Below, piece after piece: positions 30,466 to 31,933 of a stretch of DNA of 31,933 nt (position 1 is its first letter; the number at the start of each line of letters is the position of its first letter). The DNA is from Macrostomum lignano. Lineage: Eukaryota. The notes beneath the pieces were generated by a model. It was not told the origin of the DNA. It saw nothing but the letters and a program-made list of their open reading frames with translations, and ran no database searches. The stretch lies in contig NIVC01002591.1 in assembly GCA_002269645.1 (NCBI GenBank), forward strand, positions 127,447 to 159,379, in the 5' to 3' direction. The position numbers were made by a program, and so were the translations under genes.

Positions 30466-31933
30466 CTAAAATGTAAAGTGACACTACTCAGTGAATCTTA
30501 GCAGCCGTTATTTATCAGCACACTTTATTACCAGAAGAAGCTCTGCTTAACTCATCTAAACCACAACAAAAATCGCGGACTAAAAGAATCACCCTCTAAA
30601 TTAAAAGAATCACCCTCTAAACTAAAAGAATCACCCTATAAACTAAAAGAATCACCCTATAAACTAAAAGAATCACTCTCTAAACTAGAAGAATCACTCT
30701 CTAAACTAAAAGAATCACCCTCTAAACTAAAAGAATCACCCTCTAAACTAAAAGAATCACCCTCTAAATTAAAAGAATTACTCTCTAAACTAAAAGAATC
30801 ACCCTCTAAACTAAAAGAATCACCCCTAAACTAAAAGAATCAACCTCTTAACTAAAAGAAACACTCTCCAAACTAGAAGAATCACTCTCTAAACTAAAAG
30901 AATCACCCTCTAAACTAAAAGAATCACTCTCTAAACTAAAAGAATCACCCTCTAAACTAAAAGAATCACTCTCTAAACTAAAAGAATCACTCTCTAAACT
31001 AAAAGAATCACCCTCTAAATTAAAAGAATCACCCTATAAACTAAAAGAATCACTCTCTAAACTAGAAGAATCACTCTCTAAACTAAAGAATCACCCTTTA
31101 AACTAAAAGAATCACCCTCTAAACTAAAATGAATCACTCTCTAAACTAAAAGAATCACTCTCTAAACTAAAAGAATCACTCTCTAAACTAAAAGAATCAC
31201 CCTCTAAACCAGAAGAATCACCCTCTAAACTAAAAGAATCACTCTCTAAACTAAAAGAATTGCCCTCTAAACTAAAAGAATCACCCTCTAAACTAAAAGA
31301 ATCGCCCTCTAAACTAAAAGATTAAAAGAAAAACGCCTAAAAATACATCTCCATCTATAGAAAGGGAAGCCAGCACACAGCACACACAGGCTTGGCAACG
31401 CAGCCAACGGCAGACGCCAGCCATTGGCCAAATTGGCATTGGACCAGAACAACAGAGGTATGGCGGCCCAGGCACGGCTCCGCAGGCGCTCCAACGAGTC
31501 CAGTCGCAGCGCAGGCGACGCAGCAGTTCAACGCCCATCAGCAGACTTCGTCGATGCCGCCGACGGCTCAAGCCAAACGCGTACTGCTGATCAAGCTTAG
31601 CCAATTGGCGCTTGTCCAAGGACAACAGTCTGGACGATCAATGCCGGCGGATTGGAAAGCCGCACTAAACTGTCGCAGGCCAAGCGACGGCAGGAATTGT
31701 TCCGCAATCCAGACGGCTGAACCGATCGATTGAGACGGCTGCTGCTGTTGTTGGCCGCCAGCTGTGTGCTCCGGACCGGATGCGCTGCTTTCGGCGGCGC
31801 TGACATTGCCAATGCTCAGCTTCATCAACGACAATGTTGACGATGGCATGCTTGAGAAGTGAAAAATCCCGGTTCGGTTTGGGTTGACAATGAGACGGTC
31901 GAACCAGATGAAAATTGCTGCTGTTGCTGCTGC
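29873..31933 (-). CDS. Liprin-alpha/kazrin-family tandem SAM protein, 3' part, 5'-truncated; exons 31388->31933 (frameshifted as assembled) and 29873-30465
   Basis: VWIAEQFLPSLGLRQFSAAF, HRRSLLMGVELLRRL, LERLR..LLFWSN and SGLHGALLV match the SAM2/SAM3 pattern of liprins/kazrin (from recalled family sequences). The pieces lie in successive frames. The phase-1 intron T|GTGTGT..ttttag joins them. Confidence 0.78.
30579..31330. repeat. 21-bp minisatellite, consensus CTAAACTAAAAGAATCACCCT, ~35 units, filling most of the last intron of the SAM gene
   Basis: Period 21 directly visible. Confidence 0.97.

Noticed and set aside
28318-31330. Telomere-like AGGGT words in the 23- and 21-bp arrays
   Set aside because: No tandem TTAGGG; only a 5-bp resemblance.
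31388-31660. Programmed frameshifting or insertional RNA editing as the cause of the SAM-exon frameshifts
   Set aside because: There are no slippery heptamers or stimulatory structures, four or more events would be needed, and sequencing error or pseudogenisation is far more parsimonious.

Overview
Eukaryotic (animal) genomic DNA with spliced genes. The GC-rich exons with Gln runs and the dense 21-24 bp minisatellites suggest a free-living flatworm such as Macrostomum, but this is inference and was not verified. Four protein-coding genes lie on the minus strand, with exon phases checked by hand. In transcription order they are: (1) the 3' end of a liprin-alpha/kazrin-family tandem-SAM gene whose exon at the window edge carries 4-5 single-base frameshifts; (2) ICT1/MRPL58, 2 exons; (3) AMMECR1, 3 exons; (4) a complete 13-exon, ~2226-aa MUC4-type membrane mucin (signal peptide - PTS repeats - 3 EGF - NIDO - AMOP - GDPH/VWD - cadherin-like - 5 EGF - TM). 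Introns and intergenic DNA hold five non-coding minisatellites, three hAT-type MITEs (one nested) in mucin intron 1, a ~190 bp palindrome, Helitron-like ends and a probable solo LTR in AMMECR1 intron 2. The most interesting signals are the LTR's three palindromic AP-1/CRE + MEF2 modules pointing antisense into AMMECR1, and Tyr/Trp/Cys-rich inserts sharing a YCNR motif in the mucin NIDO and AMOP domains. No CRISPR array, rRNA or intact tRNA was found, and no database searches were run.
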